Both the position numbers and the translations under genes were made by a program. A stretch of 63,795 nt of DNA, the filler included, from Rhabdomonas costata (taxonomy: Eukaryota), in the NCBI GenBank assembly GCA_019059605.1. It is 44 parts of 44 records of this genome, joined end to end, with 100 filler letters (N's around TTAATTAATTAA, not from the genome) between each part and the next. Parts side by side here need not be neighbours in the genome. Positions count along the whole stretch, not along the records: positions 37,761 to 39,113 come from JAHMHO010018474.1; positions 39,214 to 40,565 come from JAHMHO010018475.1; positions 40,666 to 42,017 come from JAHMHO010018476.1; positions 42,118 to 43,466 come from JAHMHO010018477.1; positions 43,567 to 44,917 come from JAHMHO010018478.1; positions 45,018 to 46,369 come from JAHMHO010018479.1; positions 46,470 to 47,821 come from JAHMHO010018480.1; positions 47,922 to 49,273 come from JAHMHO010018481.1; 36 more parts are not named here. One strand, 5' to 3'. This document shows, one piece after another, positions 37,890 through 50,585 of the stretch. The notes under the pieces were generated by a model. That model saw only the letters and a program-made list of their open reading frames with translations. It was not told the DNA's origin and searched no databases. Each line of letters begins with the position of its first letter. Positions within the stretch are counted from its first letter, which is position 1.

Positions 37890-39052
37890 CGATATCTTAG
37901 AATGGTGTGCTTTCTGCTGTTGGGGTTTAAGGTGAGCTGTAGATTTGGCGACATCTGAGGAATGGCCTTGTCTCATCGCACATCACACCTCTTGGTTGCT
38001 GGGTGTCTGGCTGCTCGTGCTCCTGCGTGTATGTGTTTTTTCTCGATTTTTTTTCTTCCTTTTTTGTCATCATCGTTTGCAGGCACTATGTCATTGAGGG
38101 CCCTCCTGGAACCCCGTACAGCGGTGGGCAGTACCATGGAAAAATCAAGTTTCCTCCTGACTACCCATTTCAGCCTCCCAGCATTTACATGATCACGCCA
38201 AATGTGTGTGAATCGGAGCGTTTCCTCTGCTCACTCTTCAATTTTCGCTCTCCGCACCTTTTTCGACGTCCTTTCAACACAGGGGCGGTTCCAGACGAAT
38301 ACCCGGCTTTGCTTGTCAATGTCTGATTTCCACCCTGCAAGTGCGTGACCGTAAACACAACACAACACAAACGCAACTGAGTTCTTGGTTCTCTCAATTT
38401 GGTTTCCTTGCTATGTCTCACACCAGTTGTGGCAACACCATGATATGGTGATTGCTCGTATTTTTGGTTCTCTGGGTGGCTCTGACAGCACCTGTTTTTT
38501 TTGTACTTGTCAATTTGCAGATCCTTTCCAGATCAACTTGCAAATTTTTTCCAGGGGCCATTCCGTCCCCCGCTCCTCCATCCGTAATGGAGAGTCAAAG
38601 TAAAATGTTTTCCCCAACTGAAGCGTCACCCATTTTTTGGACGGCATCTTTCTTACGTTATCTGGTTGAGTCAGCCCTGGAATCAATCGAAGGCTCGGAC
38701 GACGTGGTAATATGTTGGCGCATCTTGCGAATCTGATGCCAACGTTTCCTTCGTTCCAAGGTTCCTTGAGTTTTATTGTCAGGAATGTAGCGTTCGGTTT
38801 GAGCGTCCGCTTTTTCCCGTCGCAGCGTGGAATCCCCTGTGGAGCCTGAGCAGTATTCTAACGGGGCTGCTGTCTTTTATGCTGGAAAGCAGCGAAACCG
38901 TCGGAAGCGTGACCACGGTATGCCGTTTTCCCGGAGAATTTTTCTGTCCCCCAACCTCTCCCGTTCATTCGTTTGCCTGTCTTTGGTCGCAGAGCGACGA
39001 GGTCAAGCGTCGACTTGCTCTTGAAAGTCGAGCGTTCAACGTTAAGGACAAA
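37890..39052 (+). CDS. UBC6: Ubiquitin-conjugating enzyme Ubc6/UBE2J (exons ...-37904, 38083-38203, 38283-38340, 38826-38917, 38993-39052)
   Basis: The spliced product [92 protein letters not shown] includes the catalytic Cys. All junctions are GT-AG and in phase. Confidence 0.95.
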
Positions 39053-40666
39053 GTGTGTGCAGCAAAGCTTTGTTTTTCCCGACACACCCGGTGCACGCCA
39101 GGACCCCCAACACNNNNNNNNNNNNNNNNNNNNNNNNNNNNNNNNNNNNNNNNNNNNTTAATTAATTAANNNNNNNNNNNNNNNNNNNNNNNNNNNNNNN
39201 NNNNNNNNNNNNNGGTGTGGGTGGTCCCGACGGCCACTGGTCCTGAGTTACCCCGAGGCCTGGCGGAAGCATTGTGTCCGGGGTGACGCTGATCTCAGAA
39301 AGCTCGAGGGAGGCCCTTCGGTGCCCTACGCCGAGGTTCCGTGACACTGTTCCCGGAAATTTCCATTGGATTCTTTTTCAGTTTTGTTCTATTCGAAACC
39401 AGTTAAATTTCGTCATCTTTTGCCATGAATCCATTGCCAAAAAGAAAAAGAGGTGCGTTGTACTGTGATCTGTCCTAGGTAGGGCGACGCAGACCTCAGT
39501 CTGTTCTGTTTTCGGGCTTTCCCGGGGTTGCCAGGTTTCGCGCAGCACAGCCCGCCAACTGCTGCAACGCTCTGGCGCAGAAATTGGAGTGGAGAAGCTC
39601 GCCCGGGTCCTCGCCATGGCTGATGTGAAGTGGGCGGTGCGTCCCCCGGACTCTTCCCTCGAACCTTCATGGGCCTCCGCTTAAAAACCCCGATCCCTTC
39701 CCCATCCCACCCTGCCCTCCGCACTGTACCATGTGTCCACCACGCTGCCATGTTGCACTGCACGTTGCTGTTGGAAGCTCTGGAAACCTCTCGCCGTCAT
39801 CCTCTGACATTCCTGTCAATGGGTACAATTTCTGCCCGGGGCTTGGAGCAGTCTCTCGATTCTCAGAAGAAGCGGGGAATCTCTCGCTCCATTTTGTGTT
39901 TTGTTTCTTCGTGTTGGTTATTTTCTGCTGTAAATTGTGAGCTGTTTTTTTTTGGAAGGCTGCGGTGGTTTCTCTCCTGTGAATGAATACCGTTTGCGAG
40001 GTTTTGGTGCTTTTGATGTGCTCTTTATGAGGAAGCATAAAGTTCGGACTGCCTCATGCACAGACCTGCCACAATACCGTCGCGCTTCCATCAAAGTATT
40101 AGTACGAAAAGTACGAAAAGTATTAGAACGACGGCGGCATCTCTCTGAATCGTACCGCTTTCACACTGCCTCTGTGCGGTTTTGTATCACTGCTTGCCAT
40201 GAATGAGAGAGCAAACAAATCAGTTAATTGCACATCCCTCACCATCAGGGTTTTCCAGAATTGAGCGTTCTCAACGAAATCGAAGAGCCCATGCCCACGG
40301 TATACAGAGGCAACTCGGCAATTGGGGAAAACCACGGAGTGGAGAGCCCCGTGGGGACGAAGAACTCCGGCTTCGCCATTTTTCCAACATCACCATCATC
40401 CCCTGTCAACATAACCCCTTTGCACTCGCCCCCAAAATGTCCTTCCCTATTCCCGCTTCTCTTTGTGCACCTGAGCATGCGTCTTCCGTCTACGGATTTT
40501 TGATAAGCAGATTCTCGAACTATCTTACAGCGTAAATTTTCTGGCCAGCATCCCACCACCACCGANNNNNNNNNNNNNNNNNNNNNNNNNNNNNNNNNNN
40601 NNNNNNNNNTTAATTAATTAANNNNNNNNNNNNNNNNNNNNNNNNNNNNNNNNNNNNNNNNNNNNG

Positions 40667-41134
40667 GGGGTCTGGGGCTTCGTTTCGGTGCTGTCGTACG
40701 TTCAATACTATGCGCTGGCGCTGTACAGCGAGAACGGGGCGGTGCTGGGGGCGACCTTCCGGAACAACGACCAGCTCCGAGTTTGGCTCGACGGGACCCT
40801 AGTGATCTCCCGGGATGTTTGGGACAACAATGTCGATCAGACGGCTACGCTGTCCGTGGCCCCTGGCTGGCACCAGCTGCTGGTGAAAATCCAGGACCAC
40901 ACCGGAAGCGGACACCTCCGGCTTGCCCTGCAGAGCCTGCAAGGGGAGCCCGTGAAGTGGGGCTACCGGCTGCCCTTCCGGTGTGGACCGCCGAATCCAT
41001 GCCAGAACGGGGGCGTGTGCGTGCGCTCGCAGTGTCTGTGCACGGGAACGTACAGTGGGGAATTCTGCGAGGCGGGGTTCTTGTGGGGTGAGCAGTTTCA
41101 GAACATGAGAGTGGCCCTCCTGTACATGCCGTAA
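40667..41134 (+). CDS. C-terminal part of an extracellular protein with a PA14-like beta domain plus an EGF-like domain
   Basis: NNDQLRVWLDGTLVI...LSVAPGWHQLLVKI is PA14-like. CGPPNPCQNGGVCVRSQCLCTGTYSGEFCE has six-Cys EGF spacing. Confidence 0.75.
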   Translation, partial: GVWGFVSVLSYVQYYALALYSENGAVLGATFRNNDQLRVWLDGTLVISRDVWDNNVDQTATLSVAPGWHQLLVKIQDHTGSGHLRLALQSLQGEPVKWGYRLPFRCGPPNPCQNGGVCVRSQCLCTGTYSGEFCEAGFLWGEQFQNMRVALLYMP

Positions 41135-41896
41135 CCTCTCTCCCCTCCCTGGAACCGTTGTGTGTGCCAGTCTCTCCGCGGCTGGTTCACAGTCCTCGCT
41201 CACCCTCTGTTATTGCATCTCGAACTGCACTGGCCTGCTGTGATGGGAAAGCATCTGTGGGTTTGCCCACTTTCCGAGGAGTGTGACCCTTTTCGGTGCG
41301 ATGGGGGTCCATTTGCTGTTGGGCATTTGCTTTTGCATGGTTCCTTCTGCCCTTGCACTTGAGACCTTGGGTCCCAGTGTACACTAATTGAGGTGGAGGT
41401 TTCACTCCGTGCCGCTTCTTCTGCTTGGGTCCTTCTGTTTCGCCACATTACCATCACCTTCTGCAGAAATGAGCAATTTGTGCATTTATTTCCAATATTT
41501 TTGGTTGTTCGGGTGGTTTCAATTTTCTCTCTCGCATCCTTTCGGCATACCTGAATAACGATGGCGATGAGTGCGCGTGGTCGCACTGACCGAAATATGG
41601 CAGAAGACTGGAGTTGCCCTTCCCATTTGCTGCGCAACTTTTGCATTTGCATCGCATCACACCATTCAGCAAATCGGCATTTGATGGTGGCTTCCGTTTC
41701 TCTTCAGAGGACAGTCCTTTTTGTTTGGGAACAGTCATTTTTGTTGGCAAGAACTTCCCTTCTGCCGTGCAATTCTTTGGAAACGCGGTTGGGTCCCACC
41801 AGAGACGGTGATGACTAGTACGTACTCGACGGCATTGCTGCGGCAGTGAGCTTTTGCTCAAATTGCGAAGGTGTAGCCCCCTGCACTTCCGGCGGG

Positions 41897-42007
41897 ATGG
41901 GGCTGAAGGTGCTGGCTCTGGGTGCAGGCCGGGACGTGGGGCGGAGCTGCGTATTGGTGAGCATCGGGGGCCGCACGCTGATGTTCGACTGCGGCGTGCA
42001 CATGGGA
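41897..42007 (+). CDS. INTS11: Integrator subunit 11 / CPSF3L beta-CASP nuclease, N-terminus
   Basis: [37 protein letters not shown]. The D-VGRSC and HMG residues match INTS11 rather than CPSF73 (E-VGRSC, HPG/A). Confidence 0.8.
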
Positions 42008-43566
42008 ACCCACCCAANNNNNNNNNNNNNNNNNNNNNNNNNNNNNNNNNNNNNNNNNNNNTTAATTAATTAANNNNNNNNNNNNNNNNNNNNNNNNNNN
42101 NNNNNNNNNNNNNNNNNTTTTTTCCCTGCTTGTGTTTTGTTTTTTAGTCAAAAAGAAGTTTAGTCGCCATTTTAGGGTCATTTTAGGGTCGCACTGCTTG
42201 CGCACGGGGACAATACAGAAAGTGGTTTGAAGATGGTCTTGTGGATGTCTCCGACGTTGGGCTGACCCATCGCCATGTGGCATGGTTCCCGTTGTTTTTT
42301 CCGACGCGAAGTAAATTGTACTTCTGCTTCCTTTTTGTTCTTTATCACAACCTCTCGACGCGCATCCCTTTTTCTTTGGGTTGTTTGCTCCCCTGCTGCG
42401 CGCGGGTACCTTGTGTGCAGGTATCCCCTCCCCTCAATTCTGAGACTGCAGGGCTCCCTTCTTTGCACATTAAGGAGATCGTATAGTTCTCTGTTCCTGC
42501 CTTTTGCTCATGCAAAGCCAGCTGCATCACCACCTCAGCACACTGTGCATTTCTGTCCTAACAGCAGTGTACCTGAGCTGAGCCACCTTTGTACGCGTGC
42601 TGGCTTCCCTGCTTCGCACCCAGCCGAGGCGCGCAATGCGTGCTCCTCGACCTTGTGGAATGGCACAGAGGCCTTCCAGTTTGCTCTCCCCTCACAGACA
42701 GGGCGTGCTTTTTCTGACGGTTCTCGTTCCGACGTGTTCCTTCGAACTCCTCTCCTTTTGTTTGCAATGTCTTTCTAATCCAAAGACGGACAGGCGGAGT
42801 TTAGGGATTTGTTGACACCCTTTCCAGCACAATGTATCCTCTGCCTTCATGATTTCCCTCACATGTTCATCCCTCCCTTACTCTGTTTTTAAGTCATTCG
42901 TAGACCGTGCTTCGACTAGATGACACCAGAGCGAGCTCTTCGCTCGTGCCTTCACATTTGGTGGGAAGCGTTTTCGGCACCTCTTCGCCGCACTTCCTTC
43001 CGTTTTGTTCATTTCTCGGCAGTATCCTTTCTCGGCAACGGGCCTCATCCATCTCGAGTGCCCAGTGAATTCCAGTGCACAGTCTGTTTTGTTGCTTGCG
43101 TTGTTCTCTGTTGCCTCTTTTGCCTCTTCATCTGTTGCCTCTTCCTCCCGTGCCGGTCATCTTCTTACCCGTCCCTTCAGTTTTTTGGAGTTACAGGAAT
43201 TTTTCTCGATACGCTGACCCAGCATTTTCAGAACCTCCCAGGAGAGTGTCTGCGGCGCCCTTTGCAGGCTGCAAGACAGGCGGAGGAGCCTCTTTTTGGG
43301 GGCTCCCCCACCCACTGCACACCGGACGTTCCCAAATGCCAACGTAACCGTGTGCTTTCTTATTTGTTCCTTTTTTTCCTGTTCTGTTCTCCCTCCCCAG
43401 CGCATCCACTGTAGAGGCCAGCAGAGTTCACCCGAGGTAACGTGGATTACCTCCCCAACCCCCACANNNNNNNNNNNNNNNNNNNNNNNNNNNNNNNNNN
43501 NNNNNNNNNNTTAATTAATTAANNNNNNNNNNNNNNNNNNNNNNNNNNNNNNNNNNNNNNNNNNNN

Positions 43567-43616
43567 ACCCAGGTATCCCCTTGCCTTTTCCGGAGAAGGC
43601 AAGGGGATACCTGGGT
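43567..43616. repeat. Perfect 21-bp inverted repeat (hairpin) at the contig start
   Basis: ACCCAGGTATCCCCTTGCCTT-ttccggag-AAGGCAAGGGGATACCTGGGT. Confidence 0.9.
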
Positions 43617-44405
43617 AGGGCTCCATGCGGCCCACCTTCCAATCGTCCACAGTGCGGTAGCTCCCGCGACCCCATACGAGGTCCTCAAACTGCCCCAAAG
43701 GGAGGCCCACAGGGGATTCCCTTGCGGCATCGCAGCACTCTTTGAAGGAGAAAACTCGGTCCGCGGGAGGGGGGGAAAGGAAACAAGGACCCTGCAGGGC
43801 AGGGGCAGAGGAGGCATCGGAGCAGTGGCGTAGCTTTCTCAGACCTTCGGCCTTTCTTTAATTTTAGTTAAAACTAATTTACCATTTAACCGTCCCCCCC
43901 CAAAATAGTACTCGTTAAGAGCATCCATGCGAAGGAAGAAAAATTAAGCTGATGTGAAAAGACAAGGGTCGCAAACACACAACTCTCAAAAAGGTGCTTT
44001 GCGTTTCTGCTGACTGGAACAGCATTCCACATTCTCACACAGAAGACAGAACCGATTTTCGGATTCGTATTACATTTCGGAAAAAAAAACCGGTTGGCTT
44101 TTCAAAAGGCAGCTGAAAAGATGTGCACTTTTTCGGTCCACATAGCTTTTCCTTCTGTCGTATGAGCCTACTGTTTTCAACTTCTCTGAACTAATTTTTT
44201 ATGTGTGCTCGACCTTTGGCGAGCAGGGAGTGAGTGGAAGCCAAACCGATATAGGGATTTTCAGACACCCGGGGTCACCAGGTGCCGAAGGTTATTACAT
44301 CTCTTTCGGTTGTTTTCTTTTGCGGTTTTTCTTTCTGCTTCACATCTTCTTAACGAACACCTTCTGTCCGACCCTGGCTCTATTCCGTTTTGCTTCTATC
44401 GAACC

Positions 44406-44714
44406 TTAACTTGCAAACCACTGCGCCGGAGCGTCCACTTCCCAACACCCCCTATTTTGCTGCTCGTCCAGAAGCATGTCCGGGAGGTGGTTGTAGAACA
44501 TTCGCACCATCTCCACCCCGTCTACGTGGTGCAGCTCAAACCCAATGTGCGCGGCAAAGCGGGGGATGGGCCAGTCCCTCACCCCAAAGTGGGAGAGCAG
44601 GGCCATCAGCGTGGTGTCGTGAGCAGAGAACAGCGCAAAGGAAAGGGTGGGGTCGCGCAGGATTTCCACAATAGTTTTCGGAAGAAGCCCCGCTGCCTCC
44701 CGAGCGATGGCCTT
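44406..44714 (-). CDS. Histidine acid phosphatase (branch 2), C-terminal exon
   Basis: FALFSAHDTTLMALLSHFG....PRFAAHIGFELH......VRMFYN contains the catalytic HD motif. The acceptor is TTTCAG. Confidence 0.85.
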   Translation of the reverse strand, partial: KAIAREAAGLLPKTIVEILRDPTLSFALFSAHDTTLMALLSHFGVRDWPIPRFAAHIGFELHHVDGVEMVRMFYNHLPDMLLDEQQNRGCWEVDAPAQWFAS

Positions 44715-47700
44715 CTGAAACACTGGGGAACAGCCCTGTTCCGAAAAGAAAGAGCAAGAAGCGAATGAAGAAGAACTGGACGGGGGGTGGGGGTAGCCGT
44801 GGAAACCGCCGTCAACCGTCCGAAGTGGTGAACGTAACAAGCTGTTGCCACAACCGTTACAAGGTGCTATCACATTGCGAACGAGCGAATTACCGCTTTT
44901 AATCACTCCCACAAAAANNNNNNNNNNNNNNNNNNNNNNNNNNNNNNNNNNNNNNNNNNNNTTAATTAATTAANNNNNNNNNNNNNNNNNNNNNNNNNNN
45001 NNNNNNNNNNNNNNNNNATGTGGTTGTGGAGGTGACTGCTGCTGCTCCGACCGCGGCGTTGTGGACGAATATGACATCTCCCGAGCGCAGGCCAAGCTGA
45101 CCAACGGGAGCGTGCCCGTTGAGGACCTTGGTTCAGAAGAAAACTCCTCCAAAACCCTTTGAGAAAGAACGATTCAGTGTTCATGATGAACATATGCCCT
45201 CGGATACGCCTTCCGTTCGGTTCGGACCTTCACTAGTAAAGAAGGCCGGGCAACGACGCGCCCAGTGTGGGGTAATCTCATCGCCCGACTCCCACTGTTG
45301 CCGAAGCTTGCCGCTGTCCACGGAAAAGGGGTTGATAGTGTTCCTCTCGAGACAGGGACCCCCCACCCTCTAACTAAGCAACCGGGGGGAGGAGTGCTAT
45401 GTGCTACACGCCGTGCAAGTGCCATTCGTATTCCTTCTTCTAGTGAAGCGCCGAACACAGTACAAGACGGATTACATACCCGCGGACCCCCGGCCTGGGT
45501 TTTATGACACCCATTTCGGAGAAGCACGATGAGGAGGAGGAGGGCAGTGGGCTTGCTTGCTTCTTCGATTGATAATGCTTTGATGGAATTTTTGAGTGGA
45601 GCCAAAGACGAGGACTCGAAAACGCCTTCCCAAAGTTCCCAAAGATTTCACGGGGCGGTGGAGAAAGGAAAAAAGACCTTGCCCTTGCTCACCAGCACTG
45701 TAGTGGCGCAAGCAATGCCGCGGCTGTACAGCTCCGTGGCAGGGGAGCGCTGTGAGGGCAGCACGACCTCGAACTCCACCCCTCCGGCAACCTGCGGTTG
45801 CGATGGAACAGAGCAAAGACAGGTCAGTACGAAAGCCTGACCAACAGCCACCACTCACACGCCGCATCTCAGTTATGGAAGTGGAGAAGTGGAGATCACC
45901 TACCAGTTCCGGTTAAACAAGTAAGGGGGGGGGGTGACCCTGACCCTGTTTGATTGTACGAACACAAGAGTGGACAGTGGCTGGTGTCTCTGTGTACATC
46001 CATTTGTGGTCCCGTGAGTGCAGCCGGGCGGTTGCCACTGTGCTTTGATTTATGGGCAAATCCAGGAAGGGGTGGGAAGGCAGCGGCAGGTGGGCTAGTG
46101 ACCCGATGGTGTGTCCAGCCAAGGGACTTGCTCCCGCCCCCTCCCCCGACTTCAATGACATGACGATGCTATTTTAAAAAGAAAAATGTCACCATTGCAG
46201 TGGAGTGGTGGCTACCACTACGTCACCTCCCTTCCTTCCCTCAGGAGAATAAATAGCCACCGGCACCACCTTGAACACAAGACTGGTGTACTCCTGCTTC
46301 TTGCCGACCACAAAGATAGTTTTGCCTGGGTCCAGCTTCAGCGAGGCCATCAAAGTACTCACCCCCAAANNNNNNNNNNNNNNNNNNNNNNNNNNNNNNN
46401 NNNNNNNNNNNNNTTAATTAATTAANNNNNNNNNNNNNNNNNNNNNNNNNNNNNNNNNNNNNNNNNNNNCTACCTACGTAGTATCGTACATGTCACTACT
46501 GTGGCAATGGTTGGCACTTCATCATAGAATTGTACTAATTCAAAAAATTAAAGATCAATAAAATCACAGATGTTATGGTATCTTGTCTATTAATTGTAGA
46601 GACTAGTGTTTCATGCACCACTTCTTCACAGTATCATACACGCAGTCACGTAGTGGCTCATGCAGTAGTATGATGCAAAGAGAAATGGCACCGCAGGTGT
46701 GTGGACCATGTTGGCATCACTGAGTCCATCATTACTTGCTGATGGTACGTATGGATTATCGAGGTACGAGGTCACCAGTAGTAGAGTGGATGGTGCCGTA
46801 AATGTCACGTAACACATTATGGTGTGGAGGGGCCTGACCCACCACTCATCTGTAGCATGCGACACTGATGTAGCATAAGGCCAGCATACACACACCACTA
46901 CTGCACACTTCACTACCTCCATCTGGGTGTATGGGTGTGTACGCCACTGGCAGATGGGTGGTATGGTGATCATACACGACAGAGGACATGATGGCTACCG
47001 GTAGTTAGAAGGTAACGTAGTGGGCGCATGCGTAATAGTATCTCATTTCTCTTTCTTGGTATTCAATTCTTCATATTTTGCTCTGAATATTTGCTCGGAG
47101 CCTTACATTTAGAGGTTGTGCATCCCACATTAGCATCAACACATATGCAATTTCCTGAATCAACAATTTTCCCAAGGCTGGTACCATCCATCTCGTTTGG
47201 TTTTGTGTTTAGCCAATGTGAGTATACATTTTTCAGCAGGTTGTTTAAGGTTTTTCTTTCTTTTTTGTGGTTCGGATTCTGGATTTCCATCTCAGTGTTG
47301 GAATTTCGTGAGTCAATTCTTTGATTGGTGTTGGAGATATGAGTTCATGTCTCTGGTTGTTTGATGGTGGTTGGTTATTTGGATTCTGTGTCTTGGTTCT
47401 GGGTTTGAAGGAGGGGTTTCTGTTTTTGGGTTGGAGTAGTTGGAGTTGGAGTTTTTAGGTTTCGGTATTTGCTTTCTGCGTTCGTGGTCCATGATGTCTT
47501 TCGGGATATCAAATCTGAGATGGTGATGAGAATGAATCAAGCAACAGTGACTTCGTCAGTTAACTATAAGTGTAGTTGTGTGAAATGGGACTCCTGAGTA
47601 ACCACATCAAAGCTTATCCAGGCACTTGAAGGATTTAACGCAATGTCATCTGGATAGCAAGCGACAACTACTGTAACCTAATGGTGACAGAGACATGGCA

Positions 47701-49378
47701 CCCATGTAATACTGACCTAGCTTGAGATACGACAATTCACTTTAGTATTCATGAATTACTTCCACAGATTTCCCCCTTATCCCGTCTCCAGCCCCAACCC
47801 GCCTCAATTACGCCACATAAANNNNNNNNNNNNNNNNNNNNNNNNNNNNNNNNNNNNNNNNNNNNTTAATTAATTAANNNNNNNNNNNNNNNNNNNNNNN
47901 NNNNNNNNNNNNNNNNNNNNNTCTGCCTTGGCACCTGGTGTTGCCTCCAGTCAAGGCGCCCTGGAGACTCCTCCGGTTCACGTTGGACGGACTTTCAGGG
48001 TTTGCAGTCCTGCTCTTTTCCAACATTTCCGCTTCAGCCCCAGGGCGCGTTGTCGCTCAGATTTGTCTGCATCTCACTTGAAATGGGTCAGAGAACGGCC
48101 TGCAGCGGTTTCGCAAAAGGAGAGCAGAAGGTGGAGTCAAAAGAGTATGAACACTTAGCACACCTTGATTTGCATTGAACCCCAGCTTTTTCATCATTCT
48201 GCTTCCAGCTTCCCAAGTCCTTGAACGCCTGAACTGGTGCTTTGATGTTTTGGGGTTCTGAATTATGGACTCCTTTGAGTCCAGGTTGACGTTTTGACAA
48301 GCCGAAAAACTTTCAAGCAGAGCAAATACATGTGTCAGTAATAGCCGCAGATGACCGGAAGCCTTTCTCAGATGAGCTGCTTAACAGAATCCTAAGGCCA
48401 CCGTGTGTGGACTGTTTGCTAAGAACCCGAATATGGACGTTTGAATTTCCCGTTTAAAGAACTTTTCCAAGCCGCCCTTTCCCATGGGATTTTTCTGTTT
48501 CGGGGTTCTTTTCCCCGTTTGCTCCCATAGGAGCGAATTTCAAACACGAGAGCAAAGCAATCAAATCACTTGTTGGGAGTGGGGTGAATGGAAGCGCCGA
48601 GGAGGTACGTCTTGTTTCGCTTCGTTTTGGTACCGGGTGCGTGTATGAGCCCACCTTGTGCTCGCAGTTTCTTCGCGGACTTTTGCTTTTTCTTTTTGCG
48701 CAGAGTGTGCGCGAGTCGCCTTTGCCGAGGCCCCAAGGTGATCTGCGTCGTTGCCTGCTCTCGTACAGCTTCGCGGTGTTGTTCAATCTGGTGAAGAAGC
48801 CCGAGTGCAGGTCTCTGACTGAGCGCCACAGTTCGCACTTTCAGTTTGTACAGTAGTGCATGCAGCACAGCATATGATTGCCCTTTAGCCCTTGAGGATG
48901 TGGATGAATTGTGAGTAATACCCTAAGCAGATCGTGAGTATCAAGTATTTATTCCATTGCGTATGCGATAGCCAGGCATCTGAGCGCTTACTGAGTGTAA
49001 TCATTGATGCCTGCTTCTCCATGTCTGTCACCAGGGTTGCTCTTCTGATGCACCAGCAGTTCCTTCCCGCACTGCTCGGCACGCTGGGCGCCCCGAGCTT
49101 CTTCCACAGCCACTTCCCCGCGCTGCACATCTTTGCAGTGCTAGTGCACAAGGCAGAGCTTCCGCCGCACTACACCACAGTTTTCTGGGCCCACTTGCAG
49201 GTAAGTGGTTTCCCGACGATCCAGCAAACCACATGAGACGGCCACGACCCCCCCCCCCCAAACACACCCACAANNNNNNNNNNNNNNNNNNNNNNNNNNN
49301 NNNNNNNNNNNNNNNNNTTAATTAATTAANNNNNNNNNNNNNNNNNNNNNNNNNNNNNNNNNNNNNNNNNNNNGGGTT

Positions 49379-50585
49379 GTGCTTCCCTGGGAAGAAGGCC
49401 CGTCCCAAGCCGACCCTGGGGCCCCCGGGGTCGGGGTTTCGACCAAGCCTGCGCCGGCTGTGCTGCAGGCCATGGTGAGGTTGGGGCTACTGGATCGCTG
49501 CGTGGAGGTCTTGGGGGAGGTGGCCAGCCACACCCCGGTGCGGAGTGGCGCTGCACTCAGAAGGTTCGCAGTGCAAAGGAGCTAAGTTTCCTCCCAAGAA
49601 AGTTGTCAAAGGACTGGACGGTGGGAAGAGGTACCCCAGTGTGTTGGGGTCTTATGGAAACGGTGGGGTTCCTCCCTCTTTTGTCCGTTCTATTAGTTTT
49701 CTAAGCTAAGGGCCCCAGGACTCCACATGTGCATGAGCCACTATACCCTGGACCCGAGTAGCCACAGTGAAGAATTTATACAAAAAGTATATGGCATAGC
49801 TTTACTACTGTACTCCCCCAAAAGTGGGAACACGTGCAAGGCTTCCGAACCCCCTTTATGCTGTTTATTGGAAATCCTGAAGCATGCAAAGTTTACCATT
49901 TTTAATGGAACAAGAGGATATTTGCATATGTTTTGTTCGTTTGCTGAATGATTTACTTTCTGCCAACTGATCCAGTTATGCATGACTTTGGTTACCTGAA
50001 CCTTTCTGGTTTTCCGTCAGAGCCCATGTCTCCCTGTCAATTTCGATTTCTTTGGAGCACTCATTTTTCTTTTGTGCCACTGTTCTGCGTGGAGGACTGT
50101 TGACGCAGACATCACACTGACTGCTTTTGTTTTCGCTGATGTGTAATCCAGTGCAGTGTTTGCGTATTCCACTTGTTTTTGGTGGGTCGTTTCCATTAGT
50201 CACGCCGTACTGTGCTTCCTCGCGGCGGTTTCCATGACCGCCGACGGCCAGGCGACCCTGGCTCGCACCCAAGACTTCCTCCCGGTGATCTTGCAGCTTC
50301 TCCAAGCTCTGTGGAAAGCCCCTCCCGTAGCTCCTCCAGCCGCTTCAGGCCGTGAACCGGTGGAATGTGCAGAGACTATCGAGGGGGACCCCGAGCTGGG
50401 GCCGGCGGCTCGGGGCTGGGACCGAGGGGAGGTGTCCGTCGATTCGGCCCTGGGGCGAGCCCGAGAGGTTGCGCTGCTGGTTGTGCGCAACGTCTGTGCG
50501 CTGCAGACCAACAAACCACACTTGGCAATGCAAACTGGGCTGCACACCCTGACAGCAATCATGGGCGTGCTGCAGCACAAGGCCG
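49379..50585 (+). CDS. ARM-repeat protein resembling the rotatin C-terminus (exons ...-49563 and 50200-50585)
   Basis: LLVVRNVCALQTNKPHL resembles the rotatin segment LLILHNVCFSPANKPKIL, and SMTADGQATL precedes it. The AG|T junction is in phase. Confidence 0.55.
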
